Assembly (NCBI GenBank): GCA_029261035.1
Contig: JAJDCD010000006.1
Span: 1,086-65,085 of the forward strand
Length of the DNA stretch: 64,000 nt
Direction: 5' to 3'
DNA from: Candidatus Omnitrophota bacterium
GTDB lineage: Bacteria > Omnitrophota > Omnitrophia > Omnitrophales > JACROU01
This document shows positions 21,041 through 30,306 of this stretch, one piece after another. Each line of letters starts with the position of its first letter. Position 1 is the stretch's first letter. A program made the position numbers and the translations under genes. The notes under the pieces are model-generated. The model was not told the DNA's origin and did no database searches. It worked only from the letters and a program-made list of their open reading frames with translations.

Positions 21041-21075
21041 TTTGGGATAAAAGTTGGTGGAGAGGAGATTCCATT

Positions 21076-21360
21076 ATGGAAATGGATATTAACAAAGTGG
21101 CTTTGTTATCTCGAATTAAGTTGGATGAAGAAGAGAAGGTGAAGCTTCAGAACGATTTAAATCAAATTTTGTCTTATGTAGAACAGCTAAATGAATTGGA
21201 TATTGCTGATGTTGAGCCTACAAGCCATGTTTTGAACTTAGAAAATGTTTACCGAGAAGATAAGGTAATTCAATCCGAGGCGTATAAGGAAGTATTGAAA
21301 CATGCTCCAGATATTCATGGGAGTTATTTTAAAGTTCCTAAAGTAATTGAGGGGTCCTAA
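21076..21360 (+). CDS. gatC: Asp/Glu-tRNA amidotransferase subunit C
   Basis: VALLSRI...ILSYVEQLNELD...VEPTSH...YFKVPKVI. Confidence 0.96.
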   Translation: MEMDINKVALLSRIKLDEEEKVKLQNDLNQILSYVEQLNELDIADVEPTSHVLNLENVYREDKVIQSEAYKEVLKHAPDIHGSYFKVPKVIEGS

Positions 21361-21365
21361 TCGTA

Positions 21366-22805
21366 ATGGCTAAAGAACTCTATGAAATGACAGTCGTTGA
21401 GGCTGTAAACCATAATAAAGACGAAAAAAATGTTAATGAGTTACTTTCTTCTTTGAGCAAAAGAGCGGAGAAAGTAAACCCTAAGGTAAAAGCTTATCTT
21501 AATTGGAAAACAGAAGCTTCTGAGTTTGATGGTAAAACTTCTAAAGATGGGAAGTCTTTATGGGGGGTTCCTATTTCCATTAAAGATAATATTTGCACCC
21601 ATGGCTGGGAAACTTCTTGTAGCTCCAAAATTCTGAAAGGATATATCCCGCCTTATGATGCTACTGTTGTTAATAAATTAAAAAATGAAGGGGCCTTCAT
21701 TTTTGCTAAATGTAATATGGATGAATTTGCTTTTGGTTCATCTTGTGAATCTTCTGCAGATTTTCCAACATTGAACCCTTGGGATTTAGAGCGTGTTCCT
21801 GGAGGATCTAGTGGGGGTTCGGCTTCTTCTGTTGCTTCGGATGAAGCTATAGTTGCTTTAGGTTCTGATACCGGTGGATCTATTCGTCAACCAGCTTCTT
21901 TTTGTGGGGTAGTTGGTTTAAAACCTACCTATGGACGTGTTTCTCGTTATGGTTTGATAGCATTTGGATCGAGCTTGGATCAAATTGGGCCATTGACTAA
22001 AAATGTGGAAGACAACGCAAGAATCATGAACGTAATTGCAGGATATGATCCTAAGGATTCCACTTCAGCTAATGTGGAAGTTCCAGACTATACTCAAACA
22101 TTAACAAAAAATGTGGAAGGTCTGCGAATTGGGATTCCTAAAGAATATTTTATTGATGGTTTAGATCCAGAGGTGGAAGCTGCTGTCAGGGAAGCTACAG
22201 CAATGTACGAAAAGTTAGGTGCTAAGGTTAAGGAAATTAGTTTACCTCATACGAAGTATGCTGTGAGTGTTTATTATATAGTAGCAACAGCTGAAGCAAG
22301 CTCTAATCTTGCTCGTTTCGATGGTGTTCAATATGGATATAGACACCCTTCTAAGGATTTAGTAGAAATGTATATGAATACACGTAGCCAAGGGTTTGGG
22401 GAAGAAGTGAAGCGGCGTGTTCTTCTAGGAACGTTCGTTTTATCTGCAGGCTACTATGATGCTTATTATCTAAAAGCACAAAAGGTGAGGACGCTTATAA
22501 AGAAGGATTTTGATGAGGCTTTTAAGGAGGTGGATGTTATTATTTCTCCAACGGCTCCCACCACAGCATTTAAGCTTAATGAAAAGAAAGAGGATCCTCT
22601 TTCTATGTATCTTTCTGATATTTATACAATACCCAGTAATCTTGCAGGCGTTCCTTCGATATCAATTCCTTGTGGGTATGACAGTAAAGGGCTTCCAATA
22701 GGATTGCAGCTTATAGGAAATTATTTTGATGAAGCTACGTTGTTTCGTGCAGGGTACAACTATGAACAAACGATGCATTGGAATGATAAAAAACCTTCGA
22801 TTTAA
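21366..22805 (+). CDS. gatA: Asp/Glu-tRNA amidotransferase subunit A
   Basis: Amidase signature GGSSGGS; GSDTGGSIRQPA; ASSNLARFDG. Confidence 0.98.
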   Translation: MAKELYEMTVVEAVNHNKDEKNVNELLSSLSKRAEKVNPKVKAYLNWKTEASEFDGKTSKDGKSLWGVPISIKDNICTHGWETSCSSKILKGYIPPYDATVVNKLKNEGAFIFAKCNMDEFAFGSSCESSADFPTLNPWDLERVPGGSSGGSASSVASDEAIVALGSDTGGSIRQPASFCGVVGLKPTYGRVSRYGLIAFGSSLDQIGPLTKNVEDNARIMNVIAGYDPKDSTSANVEVPDYTQTLTKNVEGLRIGIPKEYFIDGLDPEVEAAVREATAMYEKLGAKVKEISLPHTKYAVSVYYIVATAEASSNLARFDGVQYGYRHPSKDLVEMYMNTRSQGFGEEVKRRVLLGTFVLSAGYYDAYYLKAQKVRTLIKKDFDEAFKEVDVIISPTAPTTAFKLNEKKEDPLSMYLSDIYTIPSNLAGVPSISIPCGYDSKGLPIGLQLIGNYFDEATLFRAGYNYEQTMHWNDKKPSI

Positions 22806-22830
22806 TATTTTATTTTAAGGGGATGACGGA

Positions 22831-24276
22831 ATGGCATCAGATAAATATGAAACAGTTATTGGATTAGAAGTACATGTACAACTTCAGACAGAGAGTAAAT
22901 TGTTTTGTTCGAGCTCAACTCAGTTTGGAGCAGAACCCAACACTCAAACAACAGAGGTTTCTTTTGGGCTACCAGGTTCTCTTCCTGTTTTGAATGAAAA
23001 AGCATTGGAATATGGAATTCAGATTGCTTTGGGTATTAATTGCAAAATTGCTGAGCGCCTCAAGTTTGATAGAAAACATTATTTTTATCCAGACCTCCCA
23101 AAAGCGTATCAAATCTCTCAATTTGATATGCCGTTGTCTTACGAAGGTTATTTAGATGTAACAACAAAAGATAATGATTCTATTCGGGTTCGTATTAACA
23201 GAGCTCATCTAGAGGAGGATGCTGGGAAATTGGATCACGAATCTCATTCTGATGGAAGTTTGGTAGACTATAATCGAGCAGGGATTCCTCTTTTAGAAAT
23301 TGTGACAGAACCTGACCTAAAAACACCAGAGCAAGCTTATGCTTATTTAACCTTATTGAAATCAACAATAAAGTATATTGGTGTCAGTGACTGTAGTATG
23401 GAACAAGGTTCTTTGCGTTGTGATGCAAACATATCTATCCGTCCAAAGGGTCAAAAAGAATTGGGAACAAAAACAGAGATTAAGAATCTGAACTCCTTTA
23501 AAGCAGTTGCCAGATCTCTACAGTACGAAATTGATAGACAGACTCAGGTTGTTGAGTCGGGGGATCGTGTTGTTCAGGAAACACGCTTGTGGAATGATGC
23601 AAAACAAAAAACAGTTACGATGAGATCTAAGGAAGAGGCACATGACTATCGTTTTTTTCCAGAACCTGATTTAGTTCCTTTTACCATTTCTAGAGAAAAA
23701 GTAGAAGAGCTTAAAAAACTATTACCTGAGCTTCCACAAGCAAGAGAACATCGTTTTGTTAAAGAGTTTCAGCTTTCAGAATATGATGCACAAGTTTTAG
23801 TTTCTGATAAAAAAACGGCAGACTATTATGAAGTTTGTGTTAATTCAGGAGCGGATCCTAAAAAAGCATCTAACTGGCTTACAACGGAACTGTTAGGTAT
23901 TTTAAATGCCAGAAAAGAAAGTTTGGAGAACTGCAAGGTTACCCCTGAGTCTTTATCCTTGTTGCTACAAATGATGGATAAACAAGTTATTAACGGTAAA
24001 ATTGCTAAAGAAATTTTGCCAGAGATGGTTGAAACGGGAAACTCACCAGAAGATATTGTGAAAGATAGAGGTATGGAACAGGTTTCGGATACGGGATTGC
24101 TTGAAGAGTTAGCTAAGAATATTATTAATGCAAACCCCAAATCTGTTGAAGATTTTAAATTAGGAAAGAAAAATGCAATTAGTTTCTTGGTAGGACAGAT
24201 GATGAAAGAAACCAAGGGGAAAGCAAATCCTGCTATCGTAAACCAATTGCTGCAAAAAACTCTCTCAGAAATGTAA
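22831..24276 (+). CDS. gatB: Asp/Glu-tRNA amidotransferase subunit B
   Basis: VIGLEVHVQL; FDRKHYFYPDLPKAYQISQ; RSKEEAHDYR. Confidence 0.98.
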   Translation: MASDKYETVIGLEVHVQLQTESKLFCSSSTQFGAEPNTQTTEVSFGLPGSLPVLNEKALEYGIQIALGINCKIAERLKFDRKHYFYPDLPKAYQISQFDMPLSYEGYLDVTTKDNDSIRVRINRAHLEEDAGKLDHESHSDGSLVDYNRAGIPLLEIVTEPDLKTPEQAYAYLTLLKSTIKYIGVSDCSMEQGSLRCDANISIRPKGQKELGTKTEIKNLNSFKAVARSLQYEIDRQTQVVESGDRVVQETRLWNDAKQKTVTMRSKEEAHDYRFFPEPDLVPFTISREKVEELKKLLPELPQAREHRFVKEFQLSEYDAQVLVSDKKTADYYEVCVNSGADPKKASNWLTTELLGILNARKESLENCKVTPESLSLLLQMMDKQVINGKIAKEILPEMVETGNSPEDIVKDRGMEQVSDTGLLEELAKNIINANPKSVEDFKLGKKNAISFLVGQMMKETKGKANPAIVNQLLQKTLSEM

Positions 24277-24283
24277 AAATAGT

Positions 24284-24354
24284 TTTTGGCTCTTAGCTTT
24301 TTGCTTTTGGCAAAATATGCTTTTGAACCAAGACCTAAAAGCTACTGGCCAAAA
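24284..24354. repeat. Inverted repeat built from 7-nt tandem units
   Basis: TTTTGGC TCTTAGC TTTTTGC TTTTGGC ... ACCAAGA CCTAAAA GCTACTG GCCAAAA. Confidence 0.7.
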
Positions 24355-24364
24355 TTTTAATTTT

Positions 24365-25501
24365 ATGAAAAAACAGATCCTATTTTTTGCTCTTTTTATT
24401 TTAATCCTTCCTTTAGGCTATTTATATTCAACAACTCTTAACCAGGCTGAACATATAAAATTTGATGAAGTTGTAAGTTTAATCAACCAGCATTATCCAA
24501 GCCAAATTAGTGTTAGAGGCAATTTAAAAAAGAATGTTTCGGAATTGCTTAAATCTTTAGACTCCTATTCTGAATATTTGTCTGCTAGAGAATTTTATGA
24601 GATTAAGAGTGAAGTTTTAGGAAAGTATGAAGGTGTTGGAGTTGTTTTAGAAATAGAAAATTACTTTCCTTTTGTAAAACGAGTTATTCCCAATTCTCCG
24701 GCTCAGAAGGCAGATATAAAAGCGGGGGATGTTATTGAATTTGTCGATGAGGTATCTACGCACCAACGCCCTTTAAGAGAAGTGTTAAAACTGATTCGAG
24801 GCTCTATTCACACAGAAGTACTATTAAAAATCTCTCGAGATGGGTCTGAAGCCATTTCTGTTTTAATCCAAAGAGATAAGGTTAAGGTGACATCCATTCA
24901 TGGTGCGAGACTCTTAAATTCGGAAGTGGGCTATTTGGCTATTTCTGAATTTACAAGTATGACGCCCAGTGATTTAGTGTCTCAGATTGGAAGTTTCCTG
25001 AATAAAGGAGTAAAATATTTCATTATCGATTTAAGGCACAACTCAGGAGGGGAATTAGATTCTGTTGTTCGTGTTTGCGATTTGTTTTTACCTGAAAATA
25101 AGATTCTTGTTCAGATTGAAGGCTCTGATTTTCAAGTTACCGAAAAAATATTTTCAACAAAATTGAAAATTGAAGAAGAGTTCAATTTTGTGCTTTTGGT
25201 AGACTCGAAAACAGCGAGCTCTGCAGAGCTTATGGCTGCATGCTTGCAGGATCATGAGAGAGCATGGATTATTGGAGAAAAGACATTTGGTAAGGGGTCG
25301 GTTCAGACGGTGTTTCCTTTATCTGATGGATCCGCAGTTAAATTGACTACCGCGTATTATTTAACGCCTCTAGGCAAAAGCATCGAAGGGATTGGTGTTA
25401 CCCCTAACTTAGCGTTGAATTTGTCTAAGGAAATAGAAATTGCTGAGACTATAAAAGACGACGTGTTTATTAAAGCTGCATTGGAGTATTTAAATGCCTA
25501 G
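24365..25501 (+). CDS. S41 family C-terminal processing protease (CtpA-like, PDZ)
   Basis: Signal peptide, GVGV PDZ loop, IIDLRHNSGG, TASSAE (Ser), TFGKGSVQ (Lys). Confidence 0.92.
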   Translation: MKKQILFFALFILILPLGYLYSTTLNQAEHIKFDEVVSLINQHYPSQISVRGNLKKNVSELLKSLDSYSEYLSAREFYEIKSEVLGKYEGVGVVLEIENYFPFVKRVIPNSPAQKADIKAGDVIEFVDEVSTHQRPLREVLKLIRGSIHTEVLLKISRDGSEAISVLIQRDKVKVTSIHGARLLNSEVGYLAISEFTSMTPSDLVSQIGSFLNKGVKYFIIDLRHNSGGELDSVVRVCDLFLPENKILVQIEGSDFQVTEKIFSTKLKIEEEFNFVLLVDSKTASSAELMAACLQDHERAWIIGEKTFGKGSVQTVFPLSDGSAVKLTTAYYLTPLGKSIEGIGVTPNLALNLSKEIEIAETIKDDVFIKAALEYLNA

Positions 25502-26717
25502 AAAGAAAAAAGTAGTTCGTAAAAGCGGGAAGAAAAAAGCCTCTAAAAGGGGGAGAAAGAAAGCGAAGAAAAGCTTATCTCCATCTTTAGTTGCTATGTT
25601 TATGGGGATTGTTATTGGAGCAGGACTTTTGTGGTTGGCTCTTAATTGGAATACAATAACTCCCAATGTAATTTCTACCATTTCTTCATCTGTATCGAGC
25701 TTTCAGAAAAACTTTACGGAGTTTACGAAGACAAAAACTTCTCTTTCTGGTTTAAGTTCTTTTAAACTACCAGAAGCTAAAAAGAAAGTGGTTCCAACAA
25801 AAAAACCCATAGTTCAAAAGAAGAAAATACCGGTTGTGGCTAAGAAAAAAGTTAGTTCTAGGAGTGTGAAGAAGTCTGCGGCTCCAACAAAAAAGAAAGT
25901 GGCTGTAAAAACGAAGGCAATTGAGAGAGCGACTCCTCCTAAAAAAACGACAGTAACAATGCGGTCTCAACCAAAAGTTGAGAGGAAAGTTACGACCCAA
26001 ACTGTTTACTTAGCTAAGCCAGAACCTGTTCCTGCAAAAGCACTTAATCGATTTTCTCCAAAAATTGTATTTGTAATAGATGATGTTGGATATCATTTGC
26101 GATATGAGCAATTACTCTATTCTGCAGGAGCCCCATTAACGATAGCTATTTTGCCTCAACTAGACTATTCGGAGCATTTCTCAAGAGAAGCACGAAGAAG
26201 AGGGTATGAAGTTATTCTACATCAACCCATGGAACCCTTAGGGAAGAATGTAGACCCAGGCCCAGGAGTGATTAAAGGGGGGATGAGGAGAAGTGAAGTG
26301 GAACGAGTTTTGGATAAAAATCTAAGAACAGTGCCTGGGGCTAGTGGTATCAATAATCATATGGGTTCCAAAGCAACTCAAGACGGACAAATTATGAATT
26401 GGGTGATTTCGGAATTAAAAGATCGAAATATGTTTTTTTTAGACAGCATGACATCGAATAACTCAATGGGTTGGAGGACTGCAAGAAGCAAGGGGCTCCC
26501 TTATTTAAAAAGGTCGGTTTTTATCGATAATGAAGATGATGCCGTTTATATTGCAAACCAAATTGGGAAATTGATTGATAAAGCAAAGAAAGAAGGATAT
26601 GCAATTGGTATTGGCCATTACAAAAGAAAAACATTAGAAACGATTCGTAGAATGGCTCCGCAAATTAACAGAAAAGGAGTTCAAATAGTTCGTTTAAGAG
26701 AGGTTGTGAAAAGATGA
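25494..26717 (+). CDS. Divergent polysaccharide deacetylase family protein (YibQ-like), membrane-anchored
   Basis: FVIDDVG, LHQPMEP, GINNHMGS, FFLDS, AIGIGH; N-terminal TM and Lys-rich linker. Confidence 0.9.
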   Translation: MPRKKKVVRKSGKKKASKRGRKKAKKSLSPSLVAMFMGIVIGAGLLWLALNWNTITPNVISTISSSVSSFQKNFTEFTKTKTSLSGLSSFKLPEAKKKVVPTKKPIVQKKKIPVVAKKKVSSRSVKKSAAPTKKKVAVKTKAIERATPPKKTTVTMRSQPKVERKVTTQTVYLAKPEPVPAKALNRFSPKIVFVIDDVGYHLRYEQLLYSAGAPLTIAILPQLDYSEHFSREARRRGYEVILHQPMEPLGKNVDPGPGVIKGGMRRSEVERVLDKNLRTVPGASGINNHMGSKATQDGQIMNWVISELKDRNMFFLDSMTSNNSMGWRTARSKGLPYLKRSVFIDNEDDAVYIANQIGKLIDKAKKEGYAIGIGHYKRKTLETIRRMAPQINRKGVQIVRLREVVKR

Positions 26718-27706
26718 TAACTCTTGGAATTGAGACTTCATGTGATGAAACTTCATGTGCTATTTTAGAAGGTGAACAGAATTTATTATCCAATATAATT
26801 AGTTCGAGCTTAAATCGACATAAGCCTTATGGTGGAATTGTTCCAGAAATTGCTTCCAGACATTCTCTGGAAAATATACAAATTGTTTTTGATGAGGCAT
26901 TGAAAAAGGCAAAAAAGAAAATAAGTGATATAGATTTGATTAGTGTTACGTATGGACCTGGTTTGATAGGCTCCCTTTTGGTAGGGGTGTCTTTTGCTAA
27001 AGCTTTGTCTTTTTCTAATAAAATTCCTCTTGTAGGCGTAAATCATTTAATTGCCCATATGGAAGCGAATCTAATTGAACATTCTAGGCCTAAGGGAGAT
27101 TATCTTGGTGTTGTTGTTTCGGGGGGGCACTCTATGTTGCTTCATTGTAAGAAAGGACAATATCAAAAAATAGGTACGACTATTGATGATGCTATCGGTG
27201 AGGCCTATGACAAGGTTGCTAAATTGATGGGGCTTGGGTATCCAGGTGGGCCAATTATGGATCGCTTAGCTAGAGAAGGAGATCCTCATTGTTATCGTTT
27301 TACTAAACCTAAATTAAAATCCTCTTTAGATTTTAGTTTTAGTGGTATTAAAACGGCAATGCTTTATTTAATTCGAGATTTAAACGGGAAGTTAGAAAGT
27401 GAGAAGAATCATTTAGCAGCAAGCTTTCAACATAATGTTACAGAATGGATTGTTCTTGCGGTTGAAGAGGCTATTAAAAAAACAAATTCTAAACATGTTC
27501 TAGTTGGAGGGGGAGTGAGCGCAAACTCGCTTTTGAGAACAAAATTACAAGATTTAGGTAAGAAGCTCTCTGTAGATATTTGGATTCCACCTTTAGCTTT
27601 AACTTTGGATAATGCAGGGATGATAGCTCGCGTGGGTTATGATTTATATAAGAATAAACAAAGTGTAGGAATGGATTTAACTGCTAAGCCTAATTTGTCG
27701 ATATAA
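26714..27706 (+). CDS. tsaD: tRNA t6A37 threonylcarbamoyltransferase
   Basis: LGIETSCDET; GGIVPEIASR; NHLIAH; VSGGHS; DDAIGEAYDK. Confidence 0.97.
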   Translation: MITLGIETSCDETSCAILEGEQNLLSNIISSSLNRHKPYGGIVPEIASRHSLENIQIVFDEALKKAKKKISDIDLISVTYGPGLIGSLLVGVSFAKALSFSNKIPLVGVNHLIAHMEANLIEHSRPKGDYLGVVVSGGHSMLLHCKKGQYQKIGTTIDDAIGEAYDKVAKLMGLGYPGGPIMDRLAREGDPHCYRFTKPKLKSSLDFSFSGIKTAMLYLIRDLNGKLESEKNHLAASFQHNVTEWIVLAVEEAIKKTNSKHVLVGGGVSANSLLRTKLQDLGKKLSVDIWIPPLALTLDNAGMIARVGYDLYKNKQSVGMDLTAKPNLSI

Positions 27707-27729
27707 GTTGATACACATGGAGGGTTGTT

Positions 27730-28185
27730 ATGGATTTTGATTGGAGTGTTATTCTTCCTTTGGGGAGTGCTCTTATTTTAGGTGGGTTTGTTGGTTTTGA
27801 AAGGGAGTTGGTGGGTAAAGCCGCTGGATTTAGAACCCATTCTATTGTAAGCGTTGGAGCGGCATTGATTATGATGATTTCAATTATGATGTTCGAGAGC
27901 TTTAAGGGGCAGGGTGCTGTAAGCGATCCTTCTCGTATTGCAGCGCAGGTTGTGAGTGGTATTGGATTTTTGGGTGCTGGAGCCATCATTCGTTCGGGTG
28001 TGTCTGTGGTAGGGATTACTACAGCAGCTACATTATGGGTTTGTGCGGGCATAGGATTGGCTTGTGGGGCAGGTTATTATAATATAGCAATAATTACGAC
28101 GCTTTTAGTGATTTTGGTGTTAATTGTTTTCCGCTATTTGGATCAATATATCTCCTCTAAAAAGTCTTCTGAAAATGGCATATAA
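27730..28185 (+). CDS. MgtC/SapB family membrane protein (short form)
   Basis: GFERE...AGFRTH...DPSRIAAQVVSGIGFLGAG...GITTAATLW. Confidence 0.93.
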   Translation: MDFDWSVILPLGSALILGGFVGFERELVGKAAGFRTHSIVSVGAALIMMISIMMFESFKGQGAVSDPSRIAAQVVSGIGFLGAGAIIRSGVSVVGITTAATLWVCAGIGLACGAGYYNIAIITTLLVILVLIVFRYLDQYISSKKSSENGI

Positions 28186-28226
28186 TGTGGTGAGAAAGGC
28201 CCGATAAGGGTATCTGAAACCATTCA

Positions 28227-28255
28227 TTGACAGCACCCCGTTTCCTTAATAGAAT
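28227..28255 (+). promoter_or_regulatory. sigma70-type promoter for hisG
   Basis: TTGACA (28227) - 17 bp - TAGAAT (28250). Confidence 0.75.
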
Positions 28256-28294
28256 ATACGGCTTTTATTAGTAAATAGAAAGGATTCTTGTGAT

Positions 28295-29167
28295 ATGCCT
28301 ACGTTGAAGTTAGGGCTTCCCAAGGGTAGCCTAGAAAAGTCTACCTACGAATTATTTAATAAAGCTGGTTTTAATATCAGTTCTGCGTCTCGATCTTATT
28401 TTCCTTCTGTAGACGATGATGAGCTAGAAGTAGTTCTTTTTCGTCCTCAAGAAATGGCTCGCTATGTTGAGGATGGAGTTATTGATTGTGGTTTAACCGG
28501 TAAAGATTGGATTGAAGAGAACGGATCTAAAATTGTTGAAGTTGCAGAGTTAGCTTACTCGAAACAAACGCGAAACCCTATACGATGGGTGCTGGCTGTT
28601 CATAATGATTCGCCTATTAAAAGCGTTAAGGGGTTACAGGGAAAAACTATTGCAACAGAACTGATGAATGTAACAAAGAATTATTTAAAAAAACATAAGA
28701 TAAAAGCTCAGGTTGAATTTTCTTGGGGGGCGACAGAAGTAAAACCTCCAAAACTTGCAGATGCCATTGTTGAGGCTACTGAGACAGGGTCTAGTTTGCG
28801 TGCAAACAATTTAAGAATTGTAGATACTGTTTTAACATCGACAACTCGTTTTATTGCTAGTAAAGAATCTCTTAAGAATAGTTGGAAAAAAAAGAAAATT
28901 GAAAACATAGCACTTCTTTTATCTTCAGCAATTTTAGCTAGAGAAAAAGTAGGTCTTAAGATGAATGTTTCGTCAAAAGATTTAAAGAAAGTTATTAAGA
29001 TTTTACCTGCGCTAAAGAAACCAACAGTCATGCCTCTTTCAGATGGGAAGTGGTTTGATGTTGATACAATTATAGATGAGAAGGTTGTAAGAGTTTTAAT
29101 TCCTGAGTTGAAAAAAGCAGGAGCTTCAGGGATTATTGAATATCCGTTGAATAAAGTAATTTATTAA
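28295..29167 (+). CDS. hisG: ATP phosphoribosyltransferase, long form
   Basis: LPKGSL; GLTGKDW; SWGATEVK; TGSSLRAN; C-terminal regulatory domain. Confidence 0.96.
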   Translation: MPTLKLGLPKGSLEKSTYELFNKAGFNISSASRSYFPSVDDDELEVVLFRPQEMARYVEDGVIDCGLTGKDWIEENGSKIVEVAELAYSKQTRNPIRWVLAVHNDSPIKSVKGLQGKTIATELMNVTKNYLKKHKIKAQVEFSWGATEVKPPKLADAIVEATETGSSLRANNLRIVDTVLTSTTRFIASKESLKNSWKKKKIENIALLLSSAILAREKVGLKMNVSSKDLKKVIKILPALKKPTVMPLSDGKWFDVDTIIDEKVVRVLIPELKKAGASGIIEYPLNKVIY

Positions 29168-29173
29168 TTTATT

Positions 29174-29197
29174 CTCAAATTCTATTTAGAATTTGAG
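29174..29197. repeat. Perfect 11-bp inverted repeat after hisG
   Basis: CTCAAATTCTA-TT-TAGAATTTGAG. Confidence 0.7.
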
Positions 29198-29218
29198 TTT
29201 GGAAAGGAAAATGAAGAT

Positions 29219-29317
29219 ATGCCTTGTGGTAAGAAGCGTAAGAAAAAGAAAATGAATAAGCACAAAAGAAAAAAGAAGCTTAGAAAAAACCGCCATAAAA
29301 AGAAAACCTGGTCTTAA
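29219..29317 (+). CDS. Small basic protein, bS22 / AURKAIP1-COX24 (mS38-like) family, 32 aa, not in ORF track
   Basis: Hand translation: MPCGKKRKKKKMNKHKRKKKLRKNRHKKKTWS*; GGAAAGGA SD at 29201. Confidence 0.85.
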   Translation: MPCGKKRKKKKMNKHKRKKKLRKNRHKKKTWS

Positions 29318-29324
29318 GAGTTTC

Positions 29325-29361
29325 TGACAGAATCAGATAGGAGTGCTTCTGACTTCTGTCA
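29325..29361. repeat. Intergenic hairpin with degenerate heptamer units
   Basis: TGACAGAATCAGA...TCTGACTTCTGTCA (TTCTGAC TTCTGTC). Confidence 0.55.
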
Positions 29362-29379
29362 CGCTTGTGGGTAACCGCC

Positions 29380-30306
29380 ATGAATAAAATAATCATTCCA
29401 GCCCCAGCCAAGACTAATTTAACCCTTCATATTCAGAAAAAACGTTCTGATGGATTTCATGGTTTAATATCCTTATTCCAAAGAATTTCGTTGTGTGACG
29501 ACATCTCTCTTTCAAAAAATGATTCTAAAAAACTCAATTTTAAAGTTTCAAACAAAAAACTTTCCCAAATCAAAGAAAATTTAATAGAAAAAGCATATCG
29601 ATTGCTTTCGCAAGAAGTGGGCTTTTCTCCTGGACTTACTGTATTTTTGAAGAAGCGAATTCCTATGGGAGCTGGTTTGGGGGGTGGAAGTAGCGACGTA
29701 GCCTCATTTTTAATGGGAGTAAATCAGCTTTACTCTTTAAATCTTACTCGATCTCGTCTCTGTCGTCTGGGAGCTCGAATTGGTTCTGACGTTCCTTTTT
29801 TTCTTTATGATACCCCTTTGGCTCTGGTCGAGGGTCGCGGAGAAAGGGTTCGTCCTTTGGGTGTGAAATTGGACTTAGTTTATTTGATCGTTAGTTTTCG
29901 TAAGTCTTTTTCAACAAAAGAGATGTATCATCTTTTTGACCTTAAATTACAGCAACCCCTTTCCTTGACAAAGGTTAGAGCCGATGCTAAAATCTGTCTC
30001 TCTTTGTTATATCGCAGAGAGTTATGCAAGGCGACTCCATATTTGATTAACGATTTTAACTCCATTGCAGAGGACAAATTTGCTCGCATAAGTCAGTTGT
30101 ATTGCCGTTGGAGAGGAAAGAAAATTCCTCACTTCTTGTCCGGAAGCGGGTCGTCAGTTGTTGCTGCATTTGAATCTAACAGGGCCGCTGCAAGTGAACA
30201 AAGGCTACTAAGAGAAGTTGGGTATCGTGATACGACTATTTGCGAACCTTATTCTTTTAGCCTTAACACTTACCTGAAAGAGGAGTTGAGTCGTGAAGAT
30301 AACTGA
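29380..30306 (+). CDS. ispE: 4-diphosphocytidyl-2-C-methyl-D-erythritol kinase
   Basis: APAKTNLTL; KRIPMGAGLGGGSSD; GSDVPFF; LSGSGS. Confidence 0.95.
   Translation: MNKIIIPAPAKTNLTLHIQKKRSDGFHGLISLFQRISLCDDISLSKNDSKKLNFKVSNKKLSQIKENLIEKAYRLLSQEVGFSPGLTVFLKKRIPMGAGLGGGSSDVASFLMGVNQLYSLNLTRSRLCRLGARIGSDVPFFLYDTPLALVEGRGERVRPLGVKLDLVYLIVSFRKSFSTKEMYHLFDLKLQQPLSLTKVRADAKICLSLLYRRELCKATPYLINDFNSIAEDKFARISQLYCRWRGKKIPHFLSGSGSSVVAAFESNRAAASEQRLLREVGYRDTTICEPYSFSLNTYLKEELSREDN
29965..29993 (+). promoter_or_regulatory. sigma70-type promoter inside ispE, likely driving spoVG
   Basis: TTGACA (29965) - 17 bp - TAAAAT (29988) with TGn extended -10. Confidence 0.65.

Noticed and set aside
21001-21070. 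T-box riboswitch upstream of gatC
   Set aside because: AAAGAGGATGAGT and AAGTTGGTGGA resemble T-box pieces, but the GGTGGNACC box, Stem I motifs and a downstream terminator are missing
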